Source: Giardia intestinalis (Eukaryota). Taken from it: a DNA stretch of 64,000 nucleotides. Below the pieces are notes generated by a model. It was given only the letters and a program-made list of their open reading frames with translations, was not told where the DNA came from and ran no database searches. Below are positions 9,786 to 21,500 of this stretch, one piece after another (position 1 is the stretch's first letter; every line of letters starts with the position of its first letter). The translations under genes and the position numbers were made by a program. The stretch lies in NCBI GenBank assembly GCA_000002435.2, contig CM018790.1; one strand, written 5' to 3'.

Positions 9786-10364
9786 TCAATCTATGGCTAT
9801 GTCGTCATTCTTTGGTGGTGGCCGGGGGCAAGTTCTAAACTCCCCGGACATAACTATATTCTTCACACGTCTCTCAAATTCTGAGCTGGGATTTTCTTCA
9901 ACAATGGCACGGATGCGTTTATTGTATGCCGTGAGGTCTTCCCTGCGAAGTTGGAAGGCCTCGTGTTGAGCTGGAGATTGAAGATTTGGCTCATCAAGGA
10001 GCACCTGCAGACCCAAAAGGATCTCCTTGATCGTGATCGAGGGCTTCCACTCATAGGACAGGATGGAAAGACAAACGCTCCCGGAGGGGTAGACATTAGG
10101 GTGGAAGAGGGTGGGGTCAAACTGCACCTTAGGCGGTGCAATTGGGTAGTCTTCCGGAAAGAACATATATACACGTAAAGTGCAACCTTCCCATATGGTA
10201 CCCTTCTTGCCCGGAACCCCACAAATCCATCGGAAAAGGTCCAGCTCGTTGGGTAAAACAGTAGTCCCCGTCTTCTTGGGCAGTGGCTTTGAGAAAAAAC
10301 CTGGCGGAAGCTCCCTTTTTATGTGTTTTCTTTCTTCGTTTAGACGTTCTATCGCTCTAGACAT
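9786..10364 (-). CDS. UBC9: SUMO-conjugating enzyme E2 (UBC9 family) with a ~35-aa C-terminal extension.
   Basis: Collinear with human UBC9: RLNEERKHIKRELPPGF, GKKGTIWEGCTLRVYMFFPEDYPIAPPKVQFDPTLFHPNVYPSGSVCLSILSYEWKPSITIKEILLGLQVLLDEPNLQSPAQHEAF. The catalytic Cys in HPNVYPSGSVC is conserved. Confidence 0.9.
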   Translation of the reverse strand: MSRAIERLNEERKHIKRELPPGFFSKPLPKKTGTTVLPNELDLFRWICGVPGKKGTIWEGCTLRVYMFFPEDYPIAPPKVQFDPTLFHPNVYPSGSVCLSILSYEWKPSITIKEILLGLQVLLDEPNLQSPAQHEAFQLRREDLTAYNKRIRAIVEENPSSEFERRVKNIVMSGEFRTCPRPPPKNDDIAID

Positions 10365-10464
10365 AAAGGAAAGGGGATAGTAATGTACAGGTGTGCTCTT
10401 TTTTAACTAGTACAAGAATCACAAGAATCACAAGAATCCAAACAAAAAGTCAGCTGGGTGCCCC

Positions 10465-11007
10465 ATGAACTACCTTTCTTCTAAGTATCGTGATAAGGCC
10501 ACCCCCAAAGAGATAGAAGAGCTCCGCTACCGCTTCAGTCTTCTGGACGCAGACAAGTCGGGGAGCATTACATTTGACGAGCTGGTTGCGGCCTTCTCTA
10601 CGTCTTCGTTCCGCTTCCCAATTGCGGCTGCCAAGTCCCTTATTCGATGTGTTTCTTCCAAGCCAAGCATTACGTTCGAAGGATTCGTCTACGTTGACCG
10701 CTTTGTTCTGCACTGCAACCAGGTGTTCCAGCAGTTCGATAGGGATAATAGCGGGGCATTGAGCGCCAGCGAGCTTCCAAACGCACTCAACCAAATTGGA
10801 TTTAGTGTAACGCCCCAGACAGCAGTGGCTCTCATAGGAGCGTTTGATAGTGGCAATCGCGGGGCGCTAGAATACCCTCAGTTCCTGGCTGCAGCGTCAT
10901 TGTGTTGCTTAAATTATTCAATCTTGCAGAAATTCGACCCCTCGCAGACAGGCCGCGTTACTCTCGGATACAACGAACTGTGCATTCTTAGCCTGTGGTT
11001 TGTATAA
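10465..11007 (+). CDS. Penta-EF-hand (ALG-2/peflin/sorcin-like) calcium-binding protein, 180 aa.
   Basis: EF-hand loop DADKSGSITFDEL and a second loop DRDNSGALSASEL. The overall PEF architecture with a C-terminal pairing EF-hand (GALEYPQFLAAASL) is present. Confidence 0.7.
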   Translation: MNYLSSKYRDKATPKEIEELRYRFSLLDADKSGSITFDELVAAFSTSSFRFPIAAAKSLIRCVSSKPSITFEGFVYVDRFVLHCNQVFQQFDRDNSGALSASELPNALNQIGFSVTPQTAVALIGAFDSGNRGALEYPQFLAAASLCCLNYSILQKFDPSQTGRVTLGYNELCILSLWFV

Positions 11008-11067
11008 TTCTTGGTGTCCCCTGAGTCCCTGAGAGATGCGTCGACTTCAGGTTGTCTTTGATAACTA

Positions 11068-12489
11068 TCACATTATAACGAACTTGCGGTCTTCATTGAG
11101 CATAAAGCTCTTGTGGGCACTTAGATCACGAAGTATGTCATATGTCCCTGGGCCTGGTGTTTCAGTGGAAGATGTAGCCTTAAACCGCTCCGAGGCACTA
11201 TGTAATGCAGGTATGCTTTCTGAACGACGCCTAGTAAACGAGTCCTGGACAGTATACTCTCCTGGCCCGTGGAGTGTCTTCTCTTCTCTTTTTATCTTGT
11301 CATGGTTGTAAGATATCCTGTGCTCACGTAATATTGTGTCCTGGTTTGCTGTGGCCAATCCGAATGCAGGCCTGTATTGTCCAGGGGGCGGAATACCGAC
11401 ATTCTCCTTCATGCTGCTCGGAGCGTCCTCAATGAGCTTCTCGTATGTCTCTAGCTTCTTTCTTTGTTCCTTACTTATGTTAGCCCCTATCTGGGTCTGC
11501 TCGTCAGGCTTGTCTAGTAAGTACGCCAAGCCCATGGACCCCGCGATTGTGACAGGCTTCTTTATGTAAGTTGTAGAAGAGCCGGCAATCCTGCCAGTCA
11601 AAGTTTTGCCTTTGAAGCCACGGACTACGCGCGTAGATGATCCCGGGTCTATGGTGCCTTTTGATTTCGAGGTACTGGCCGGCAACGGGGCAGAAGCCGC
11701 TGATGTACGCTTGTTCCGGATGTGTGCATAAGTTGGAGACTCAGCAAGGTCAGCGTTGATCTCGTTCTGAATGAACTCACGAGAACTAGGGAGGTCAATG
11801 TTAAAGTGCTGGGCTATTTCCTTCAGATATGCTCGATACTGGACGTGTGGGGAAATGAGGTTGGATGCACGCTTCTCAAGCTCCTTGTCTCGGTTCTCTG
11901 GATTGAAGCGTTCCTCTGCCGTCAGAGCATTCTCCTGCAGACGCTCTGGAAGAGGGTTATAGAGAGGATCGTTCTCTATAACATACTGTGAAACGGATTT
12001 ATTCTGCTTACGTGCCGCGTCCTTAAGCCTTTTATATTCGGAAGGAATGGTACCCTCTGGACGACACGTGTTTGTGTAAATAATGTTGTAAGATTGGAGG
12101 CCTGTGGTCACAGCCCCATATGCTTGCGTATTATATTGGCCCGGCGCAGGGGTCTCCTCGACAGCTTGATTACCAAAAGGGTGGTCACGCCCAACAGCCA
12201 GAAAGCTTGCAGAGGGGTGTCTAGGGTCGGCTTTAATGGACGGGTAGAAGAGGGGCTCCGCATTAGGGTTATAGTGTGAAGGCCCCGGCATGCCCCAGTG
12301 AGCATGTCTAAGTGGAAATCGCTTTGTTGTGCTTGCGAAGCTTGCAGAGCCCTTTTTGGAAGTAGATAAAGCCTGCTTGTGGTTTACGGGTGCTGCCGAG
12401 CTATAATAGTATCCAGGGCCTGGCGAGGCGGTTCCATCGTTAGTTCGTCCTGCAGCAAACGGATTCTGCGAAACTTTACCCTGCATGGC
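11068..12489 (-). CDS. STPG/SHIPPO-repeat (sperm-tail PG-rich repeat, ODF3-like) flagellar protein. The track start at 12600 is probably upstream junk; the likely start is MQGKVSQNPF.
   Basis: Seven P-G-P-G-x-Y type motifs: SPGPGYYY, PGPSHYNP, PAPGQYNT, PPPGQYRP, HGPGEYTV, TPGPGTYDI. Starting at 12600 would overlap the divergent neighbouring gene's start at 12550. Confidence 0.6.
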   Translation of the reverse strand, partial: AMQGKVSQNPFAAGRTNDGTASPGPGYYYSSAAPVNHKQALSTSKKGSASFASTTKRFPLRHAHWGMPGPSHYNPNAEPLFYPSIKADPRHPSASFLAVGRDHPFGNQAVEETPAPGQYNTQAYGAVTTGLQSYNIIYTNTCRPEGTIPSEYKRLKDAARKQNKSVSQYVIENDPLYNPLPERLQENALTAEERFNPENRDKELEKRASNLISPHVQYRAYLKEIAQHFNIDLPSSREFIQNEINADLAESPTYAHIRNKRTSAASAPLPASTSKSKGTIDPGSSTRVVRGFKGKTLTGRIAGSSTTYIKKPVTIAGSMGLAYLLDKPDEQTQIGANISKEQRKKLETYEKLIEDAPSSMKENVGIPPPGQYRPAFGLATANQDTILREHRISYNHDKIKREEKTLHGPGEYTVQDSFTRRRSESIPALHSASERFKATSSTETPGPGTYDILRDLSAHKSFMLNEDRKFVIM

Positions 12490-12549
12490 TGTAAATCGCA
12501 GCTCTCGCCGGCAAAAAATAAAATCTGGAAAACAACAAGCAAAGTGATT

Positions 12550-15500
12550 ATGGATAGAGAAGTGCACCAAACCTTTTATGATGGATATGAAAATGGACAT
12601 AAGGTATATTACTCATTGCGTTCACTAGAGGAAATAGAGCAGGACGAGGCCTTGAACGACGCGCGGGATGAAACCATGTTATCCATAGATTCTCATTTTA
12701 GAAACCTCTCTGACGAGGCTTTGGCTGTTCTTGAGGCCATCTTTGTTAGTGACGTCCCCATAGGTGAGTTTCTTTCATTCCACCGACCCCAAGTGGCAAA
12801 GATGAACCAACAAAGCGACCCAACGATCAGTCATATAGCTAGCAACTTAACAAAGGAAGCTATCAGTAGCGTAAAAACATATCGCAGAAAGTATGTTAAT
12901 CCGAGCTCTGTTCAAATCCCGCGATCACGGACTATTACGCGCATACTATCACAAGGACAGAACAATTATCAGGCAGTAGAGAGAACATCACCCACGGATA
13001 AGGAAGATAGAAGCCTGTCCTATTCGAACTTTGTCAATACTATGAAGATTGCTATGAACCTTTCCCCACACGTTTCTACGGAAATATTTAATCTTCTATG
13101 CAAGGGTACACCAAACAAAACCCACTACCTTTACGATGATCTTATCTCCTCCTTCTCAGATATTCGGAGTCCTTTGCGAACGGATTTTCCTCTGGATGCG
13201 GCATGTGCCATTTACGCACAGTGCACCATCCATTGGCTAGACCTTCTCAACTATCTGAATGCGCGTGCAGGGTCTATCTCTGAACAACAGCTAGGGATTC
13301 GGCTCGAGCCTGTGCCCACCCCGGACTCTTTCTGCCACAGGTTAACAATAGACACCTGTCTCTATGTTGAAGGGCTCGATATCTACATGACTTGTTCTCG
13401 CGATAACTTAGCTCAGTTTTGGCTGCCACCACACCTGAACCTGTCTTTGGGCCAGATGAAGCATTTAGAGTATATCTTAAAATTAGATGAGATTGCGACT
13501 CATCACTTCGGATTGAATCGAGATTTTTTTGAGAAGCTTTTGTATGACCTCACAGAGCTGAGCGATCCCGCTGGAAAAGCGTCTGCAGACGGACAGGACG
13601 CCAAGGGTGACCACCAAAGAGGTCACATTCTGACGGCAAAGCATAGAGCTGATTTCTCTAGTGATGGGCGAACAAAGCGGGCTATCGATACAATTTTAAA
13701 TCTCACAAAATTCCTTGATAGAATGTCTCTTTATGACCTTCATGCAGAAGATATTTCGTGGCTCATAAAGTTGAGCAACACAGATAATTCAATCAGCTCT
13801 TATCTAAAGGCGTCTGATGCCGACATACAATCAATAGGAGGCACAGAAGCACAAGAGCTAACCCATAATAAGGTGGACTTTTCCTTGATTAGGTCACTAA
13901 CCAATCCGGACACTGATAAAACTGTTCTTCCATTAAAGGACAATACCAACTTACCAAGGCTGATTGTGGAGGACAAAGAGTCGCGGCCAGAAGCCTACAA
14001 GGATAGCTTCACATATTCACTAGTCACAGCTATAAGGGAGACAGATAATGCTCTTGTTTCACTCAGGCCACGCGGGACTAAGATCAAGAGAACCCTGAAA
14101 CCAGAGGTGCTGGCGCACTATGGACCAAAATTCGTTCAAGACCTCATCGAGGAAGAGGAGCAGGACCGTCAGAAGGAGCTCGAACTGCAGAAAAATATCG
14201 AGCAAGCCAGGACAAAGTACTCCAATAAGACACTACTTATTGGCAACTCTAGAGTTATTAAAAGGATCAAGGAAGAATTTGGGCTTAGTGGGGCCAGCGC
14301 AGCCAATGAAGACGCCGCTGATGTACCTGGAGCAAATCTAGGGACAGATCCTTTAGCTTCTGGCCGGACACATCAGCGGGTCCACAAGGACTGGGCAGAC
14401 TCTGTAGTCACAAGCGAACCACCATACGAGACAGCAGATATGAGCATTCCTGACTATCGTGATGGATTCGGTGGGAGCAAGTATGTTGGCCGCACTATCA
14501 GTGGCACGGCCAGAGCGGTAAGCGGTACAGGATCCTCTCAACAAGGAAGAGCATTCTCGGCTCTCCAGCGGCCGAGCTCAAATAGAGCAATGCATTCAAG
14601 CATGTATATTGCCCAGCATCTCTCAAATTCAGCGGTATTGGGGGACTCATCCAGAAAGCAGCAGCGGGATGTCAGTGCCCGACCCAATCAGAGGCTACCA
14701 CGACTTAATGATACAGACGAAGATCAGCAATATCTAAATGCTACTTCTTCCAAAGAGGGAACGCTTGCCGCACGGATGAAGATGCTTTCCCGCCCGGCAT
14801 CTCTCTCAGCTCAAGCCCCACCACCCCCCAGTAAGCAGAATACCTCATCTTATCAACGTACGCGATTTAATAAGCACGAGTTTGATAACGAAGCTCACGC
14901 GGTGGAGCATCCACTGTCTAAGCTGAAGGCACAGTACCTACAGGCCTCGCAAGGAGACACAAAGGCTGAGCAAAATCTTGAGCGGACCAGGCAAATAGTC
15001 AAATTGTCAGATGCCGCCATTCTTCGGCAGGTTCGAGCATCAACAAACATCGCAGTTACAGAGTATGTCAATCCTCTTTATGAGCGATTAGAGCGACACA
15101 AAGTCATGGCTGAGATGGAGAAGTCTACCAAGTCAAATGTCGTCAGGGACGTTCAGGCTACTAACCCTGCTTATGTCGCATCTTGGGCGAGTGCTGCTGT
15201 GTACGATAAAGACAACGACTGTCTTGTTATTTCCTGTGAGGGAGGGTGTGTTCGGCTCTACCGTATCAGCAAAGACTTTGACCTGATCAAGAAGGTACAG
15301 GTAGCCGACACGTCTCTCAATACACTCTGCTCTGTGTCCAGAACAGTGTCGATGCTTTCTATAAACGAATACGCGGACACGCTGAAAATGCTGTTTATTC
15401 AACTGCCTACTAACACAGCCAACGACTTATTAGACAAGTTCAATCTACAGCCCATCAAGGCAAGACTCTGGTCTGCCATTACGAACGATCACTACATTTA

Positions 15501-18500
15501 TACTAGCGAAGGATTCGGTATTTATGACGACTATCTATTCAATAATACATTCACCATAGATCTAGGGCATAAGTCACTTGATCTAAGTGCGTTAAATATT
15601 GATTCCTCACCTGCGATATTCCGATCAACAGACGAGCGAGAGATCAAGCAGCACTACATTAACGGGTTAGACTTCGCCATTTCTCTGACCATTCCAGGGT
15701 ATCTTTCTCCAAGTATTGCACCTCGTAACGGCGAACGCCCGTGCAAGTCAAAGCTATTTGTGTCCACAACCTCGAACGCCATATACTTTCAGCTGGGGAA
15801 GGAGGACATCCTCAAGCCAGCTGCCGTCGTGACAAACTACTTGGGCGATCCCTTCCTTATTGGTACTACCAACAAGGCTGATGCAATTCTACTGGGTGGC
15901 GAAAGAAACAAGTTCGAGGCTCTTCTGCCAGATGGGCCGCCAACCATAAATTACAGGACACTGAATGAGTATACTAACTTTGGACCGAATACGCGGAGAG
16001 TTTTCCACAGCATTAGTGTTTACAATTTCTACGTACTATATAATTTAGAGTTATTATTTAACTACGTCCATGTCAAGATAGGGGAGATTGCAAAGGTCTG
16101 CCAAACGAATAATAAGGATCTCATAAAAGCATTTTTCAAGAGAGATCTCAGTATAAAGGTAAGGGGCGAAGAGGGCTATTTAGACTTTGCCTCAACGAAG
16201 AGGCAGCTCAACAAGCAATCAGCAGCCCGTAATTTTTCAGAAGATGTCGGTAATGCAGAGGGCACAACAATAGATGACATTGTGCAAGGAATAGTGGAGC
16301 AGATAATCTCCTCCATCGAACCTATTGGTTCTGACTCTGCAATCTCCCCTATCTGGAAGGGAGCCGTCAAGGGAATCGCAAGCTTCATGAACAGCAAGAA
16401 GAGCTTATGGATTACATGCAACCAGCGGTGGCACAGTACTCATGATAATGCAGATGTTTTAGTAACAGGGCTGAGTAACGGAGATGTTGTCCTCTGGAAC
16501 CTTGTGACGCTGCGTCCACGCATCATACTGCATGCATTTCATGGCTTTGACGTCACAGCGCTGGCTTTTGACCCAGACAGCAACATACTGTTCTGCTCAT
16601 CTGTCACCGGTCTCATCAGAATATATAATTACGATGTTACCCCGATACCGATTGCTGAGTTTAAGGAGTCTGCTTCTGTCTTAAAACTCTTTTATTCCCA
16701 GTCATCAGATCTTATTATTATTGTTCTGGTGAACGGTGCTGTGTCCCTTTGGAGCAACCGGCTTTATCAGCAGATCAGTCGAATAAGCACTCATATGACC
16801 CCAACTACCGCCGAATGGGATGAGCGGAACTCTCTTCTCCTAGTGTGCAGCAGAGAAATCAAGGTATTTCAGCTTATTGGTGCCGAGGTGAACCAGGAGG
16901 CAAAGCGCGTCGAGAGAACTCGAGAGGATAAACTGCGACGCCATAGACAACGAGAGGAAGAGAAGCAGACTCAGTCGCTTTATAGCGCACTTGAGGACCC
17001 GAAAGACTCACTGAAAAAAGAGGTTGCTGCAGAAGACCCACTAGACCACGCTGAGGTAGTGTGCAATATGGGGCCTCATAAGAGCGAAGTTCAGCTTGGA
17101 CAGAAGAGCAGTGCAGTCGTTAATCTGCCCATGGGAAGTCTTGGCTTGCCCAAGTCGACAACTGGCTATCAGTTAGTTCCCGTTACAGCGCTTGACGATG
17201 TTCCTAACCTGATTAACAATCCAATATATACCTCTCAAAATCCCAGTACTAAACTTGTACAGAGCAACACCGACTCAACTTCCCTGAACACATCTTTTCA
17301 ATCAACTGGCCAATTTAGTTTCGATTCAGCCAGTAGGAACGTATCTGTTAACCCTACCCTACAATCTACCAACCCCTCTAACATTCAAACAGCTCAAGAG
17401 AATACTATATCACCAAACTACATATCAACTATTGTACCCGATTTACCCGATGTAGCTCTCTCATCTGCAGCTCCCCTCAGACTCACTAATATGCCACTTC
17501 AGACTACACTGGTCCGCCGCGAATATCCAGTTTCAACTCTTGCATATAAGCGAGAGGGAGGCGATAGACCGGACAATCATATTGACATAGCGATGATTCG
17601 ACAGGTGGGACTTGATGGCCGAATAGAGCCCAGCAAGTACAATGTGCATGATCCATGCAACGCAATAAAACCAGTTGATTTAGATCGTGATCTCCTTCGT
17701 GCTCACTGGGCCAATATCGTATCCATCATCGATGTGAGCTATTACACCACTCTGAGCTTTAATGAAGTTGAGCTTTTGACGCTGGATCTGTTTAAGGGGC
17801 TAGATGACAATCTAATTACGTTTCAATCTGCATGTGCATTTGGACCAAAAGGAACATTCACTGGACTTAGCAACATAACTATGGCGCCAAAGCCAGGAGT
17901 CACTGCATTTGCATTTAACATGGGAGAAGATAGAAACAGCCCGGCCTATCACAGACTGTCTAAATTGGCATCTTCAGCTACAATAGCCTCCGTCCAACCA
18001 GCAGTTCACGGTGATAATCCTGACGAAACAAATAGCAATGACTTCACCCACTCCCCCACCGCAACAGCACAAGACCCAGAAGTTAGCAATGCACCTACAG
18101 AGGCGGATGACCAGCCAGGCAGAAGGCTCCCGCTGGGCCTTGGTGAGGATCGCGAGACATTCACTACTATGCCTCGCCGCACTTACACCGTATCTAGCGC
18201 TGCGCGTAATAGGGGGTACAATTTTGCTTTGGCTAGAGTCTTTAATAGCGTTGTTCAGGATATAATGATGGGTGTTTCTCGTAATGTAGGCGCACCACCC
18301 ACCAAACCACGGCGGCCACCATCCTTCTACAATCCTCCGTCTGAGGTTTTTATCCCTCAAGTTGCGCAGAAAGCCCTTGAAAAGGACTACACGCCAGGAG
18401 ATATGCGCACATCTTATTCAACATATGAGCCAAAGACAGATAACAAGTATCAGTTATTGCCTGAAGAGTTCCTCGTTCATATGAAGCTATTTGCACGTCC

Positions 18501-21500
18501 GTATCGCAGTATGGCCTATCGTCCGACACCTAACAGCACAAGCTACATGACCAAAACAAATTCTCAACTGAGAAAGGAGCTTTATAACGAGTTACACAGG
18601 CGGAAATCTTTGGTTCGAATCAAATTTGTACGGATCGTCAATGACATATATTTTAGCAATCTGGATTTCAAGACTTATGAGGCACGAGTTAATTTGGAGT
18701 CCCAAGCGCTTCGAGACGAGTCAAACGGGCCCAAGCATTCAAAGGATACAAGTGTAGAATTAGAAGCCGAGAAGTTGTTCCGCTCTCTAGTCTATAAAGT
18801 AGACCATTCCAAAAGGCTTCAAGACAAAACGTCCTCACTCAGAAGCTCCAAATTTCATCCCCACTTTAGTGGGAGAATAGTGTCCAAGGGGTTGTATGGA
18901 AATAATAAGTTTTCCCTGCTTCGTAAAAGCTCTGTGGATGGCATGCCGGATCTTTCTGCAGCAAATACTAAAACAGTAATTACCTACAGAATAGGGGGTG
19001 GTTCAGAGGGCGGCAGCCCAATTAACTCCCTTATCAATGAGATGGCACTCCCTGTACAACCACCTTCTGCACAAGGTATCTTCAGGCGCAAAGTACCAAT
19101 AACAGCAGCTGACACAAGGAACTTAATAACCTTTTCTGCGAGTGACCTTGGGAGCATCGTTGAACGAACCCATTTGGAGCGGGAGCAGAGCATTGAGACG
19201 CTAATCGCACGCAACAAAGCGCTAGCAATTGAAGAGGAGGATGAGCACGCGGGGACATCTACCTCTGAGACAGATAAGACAGAAAGCATTCTTGCTGACG
19301 TTCCCATAAGTGTGAGGGATTCGTCACAGTCAACCCAAAGCAAGAAGAAGCCTCGGAGTACAGTGCCAAACACAAATGTGAGTATAACAAGCGGCCATGA
19401 CCTGACGGTGGATGAACGTGATTCCACCATTCACACCATGCACACAACAATTTTGACTGGGGAAGACCGTGACTTGACTACAATGGTTCCAGAAGATGAT
19501 AGGCATGACAGTCCAAGCTCTCGCATGTCAAGTAGCGACGAAGAAGGTGACCTATACCAGGACGACTTCGAATTCAATTTGTTCCAGGGTTTGAATGAAG
19601 AGGTAGAGAAGAACACGCTACAAATAGAGAAAGAGCTCAATGAAAAGATTGCCGAACAGCGCATGTCTGCAGGAAAACAAGCGTCGAAAAGAAAGCTCCA
19701 GTTGGAGGCAGAAGCTACTCCCATAACCATCCCCTTCAAACCTATGAAGCCTGCATATACCCGATTAGCTGCTCGTCAAGCCATGCACATGCGGAAGAAG
19801 ATAGGTGGAAGAACGAGTAACATAACAGGGATAGATATAGTGAGTCAAATAGCCCCTAACGTCGTTAAGAAGCTTGACTTTCTACGAGATATACTTGATA
19901 CCGAACTGATGCCGGTGCCAACATCTACTCTAGAAGGTGAGCCGCCTAAACCAGTTGTCGCTCGCAGGAAAGAAAATATCCTTTATGAGACCTCCATTTC
20001 TGTGACTGCAAGTACGAAAGAGGAAGCAGAAAACTTTATACTTAAGACAGAGCAAGAGCGGGCTGCACGCTACAAAACAAAACTCTATACAATAGACAGC
20101 AACGGAAACATCTCCCTCTGGCTTTTAGAGCAACAGTTCGAGCGGGTATATGATTCCAGCAAATATGATGTACAAAGTCTGAAGGATGACAGCGATGAAG
20201 AGAGCTCTGGCGATATCTTGCCGGGACAACCAAGCCTGTCCTCGGTGCAGAAGAGGCCTAGTTCTGTGTCAGCTGGTGCACTTCATGGCCACACAAACTC
20301 TCGACTCAAAAGGATTGCCGCACTTACTATTGATACTACTTCTAGTCCACACTCTGAGCAAGCACAGGCTAGAGCATCCAGCGCTGCTAACGTAACCACT
20401 CGACACACAGGCCAGTCCAAATTGGTGAAGGGCCTAACTAAAGAGGCCGATGTGTCTATATTCAAGCGTAAGGACAAGATCGTGGAGAAGCCAACCTTTA
20501 TCACCACATACAAGGTAGAGTTGCCAAATAATGTGCAAATAACATCTGCAAGCTTTGACCACGCACAGTCTATCATTCTCTGTGGGCTGTCGAACGGAAA
20601 TGCTCTTGTCTATAGCATAGATTTAACAGAGGTCATCAGCTCTTACAATGTTAGTAATTGTGCAAAAGCTGCTGTCAACTTCTATCACTCATGCTCGCCT
20701 AGTACAAACAAAGACCAAGTATGGCGTAAAGAGTTATTGGATTTCGGATCAGTCCTCACCACCGGGTACTTCCAGACAAAGTTCACGGAGGGATATTTAC
20801 GTGACTACATCTTCACGTCTGGCCGCTTAGCCCTGTGCTATTGTGAGAGCAACACAGAAAAGCTCAGTAGGAAGTTTGTTAACGAGAAGCTCAACGAATA
20901 CATGATCAGCCAAGATATGGAAGGGTTGAATTGTCCGCCCAGAGCAATCCTAACGGGTCACACAGGAGGTGTCATTTGTATTGCAAATTCAAGGAATTAT
21001 TCATACTTGATTACTGCAGATGACGAGGGTCTCTTAATATATTGGCAGTCGATAGGGGTGGCTAAGGCGAAGCTCTACTTCTCTGACCAGCGTATTCTTT
21101 CTGTTGTTTTTGCAGAAGAGGAGATAGTGCCTGGAGCGGCATTTTTGGCGCTGAGCGATGGATCTATCTGGATAATCACCCCCAACTGCCGCTATAGAAT
21201 ATTCACAATCGGTCTTCCTGTCGAAAACATCGGTCACAACACAATCAAACTTGCGACGACTGTTGTCCAAGTTAGAGAGCTGGAGGACTCAACGCCTGTG
21301 CGGCAGATGCTACTGGCCATTTGCATCAACAACGTTATCCTTGTGTACCGCATCTATGCCAATCTGAAGCTTGTAGAGGTACTCCGACCAGATGGTACTC
21401 CGAGCGCCGTTCCAAGCGAAAATGCAACAGCTTTAGCAAATGACCTTAACCGGAGAGGATCTATCGGCAATTTATCGGCGAGAAAAGATAGCCCTCCCAT

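Noticed and set aside
12379-12600. Overlapping 5' extensions of the divergent genes (plus ORF from 12379; minus ORF from 12600).
   Set aside because: The two extensions overlap each other, and both read as non-protein-like (MVYGCCRAIIVSRAWRGG; MSIFISIIKGLVHFSIHNHF). Internal ATGs at 12550 (+) and 12489 (-) leave a sensible 60-bp AT-rich spacer.
18609-18625. tRNA T-arm-like motif GGTTCGAATC.
   Set aside because: It lies inside the giant CDS in frame (K S L V R I K F V), and no acceptor or anticodon stem context is present.
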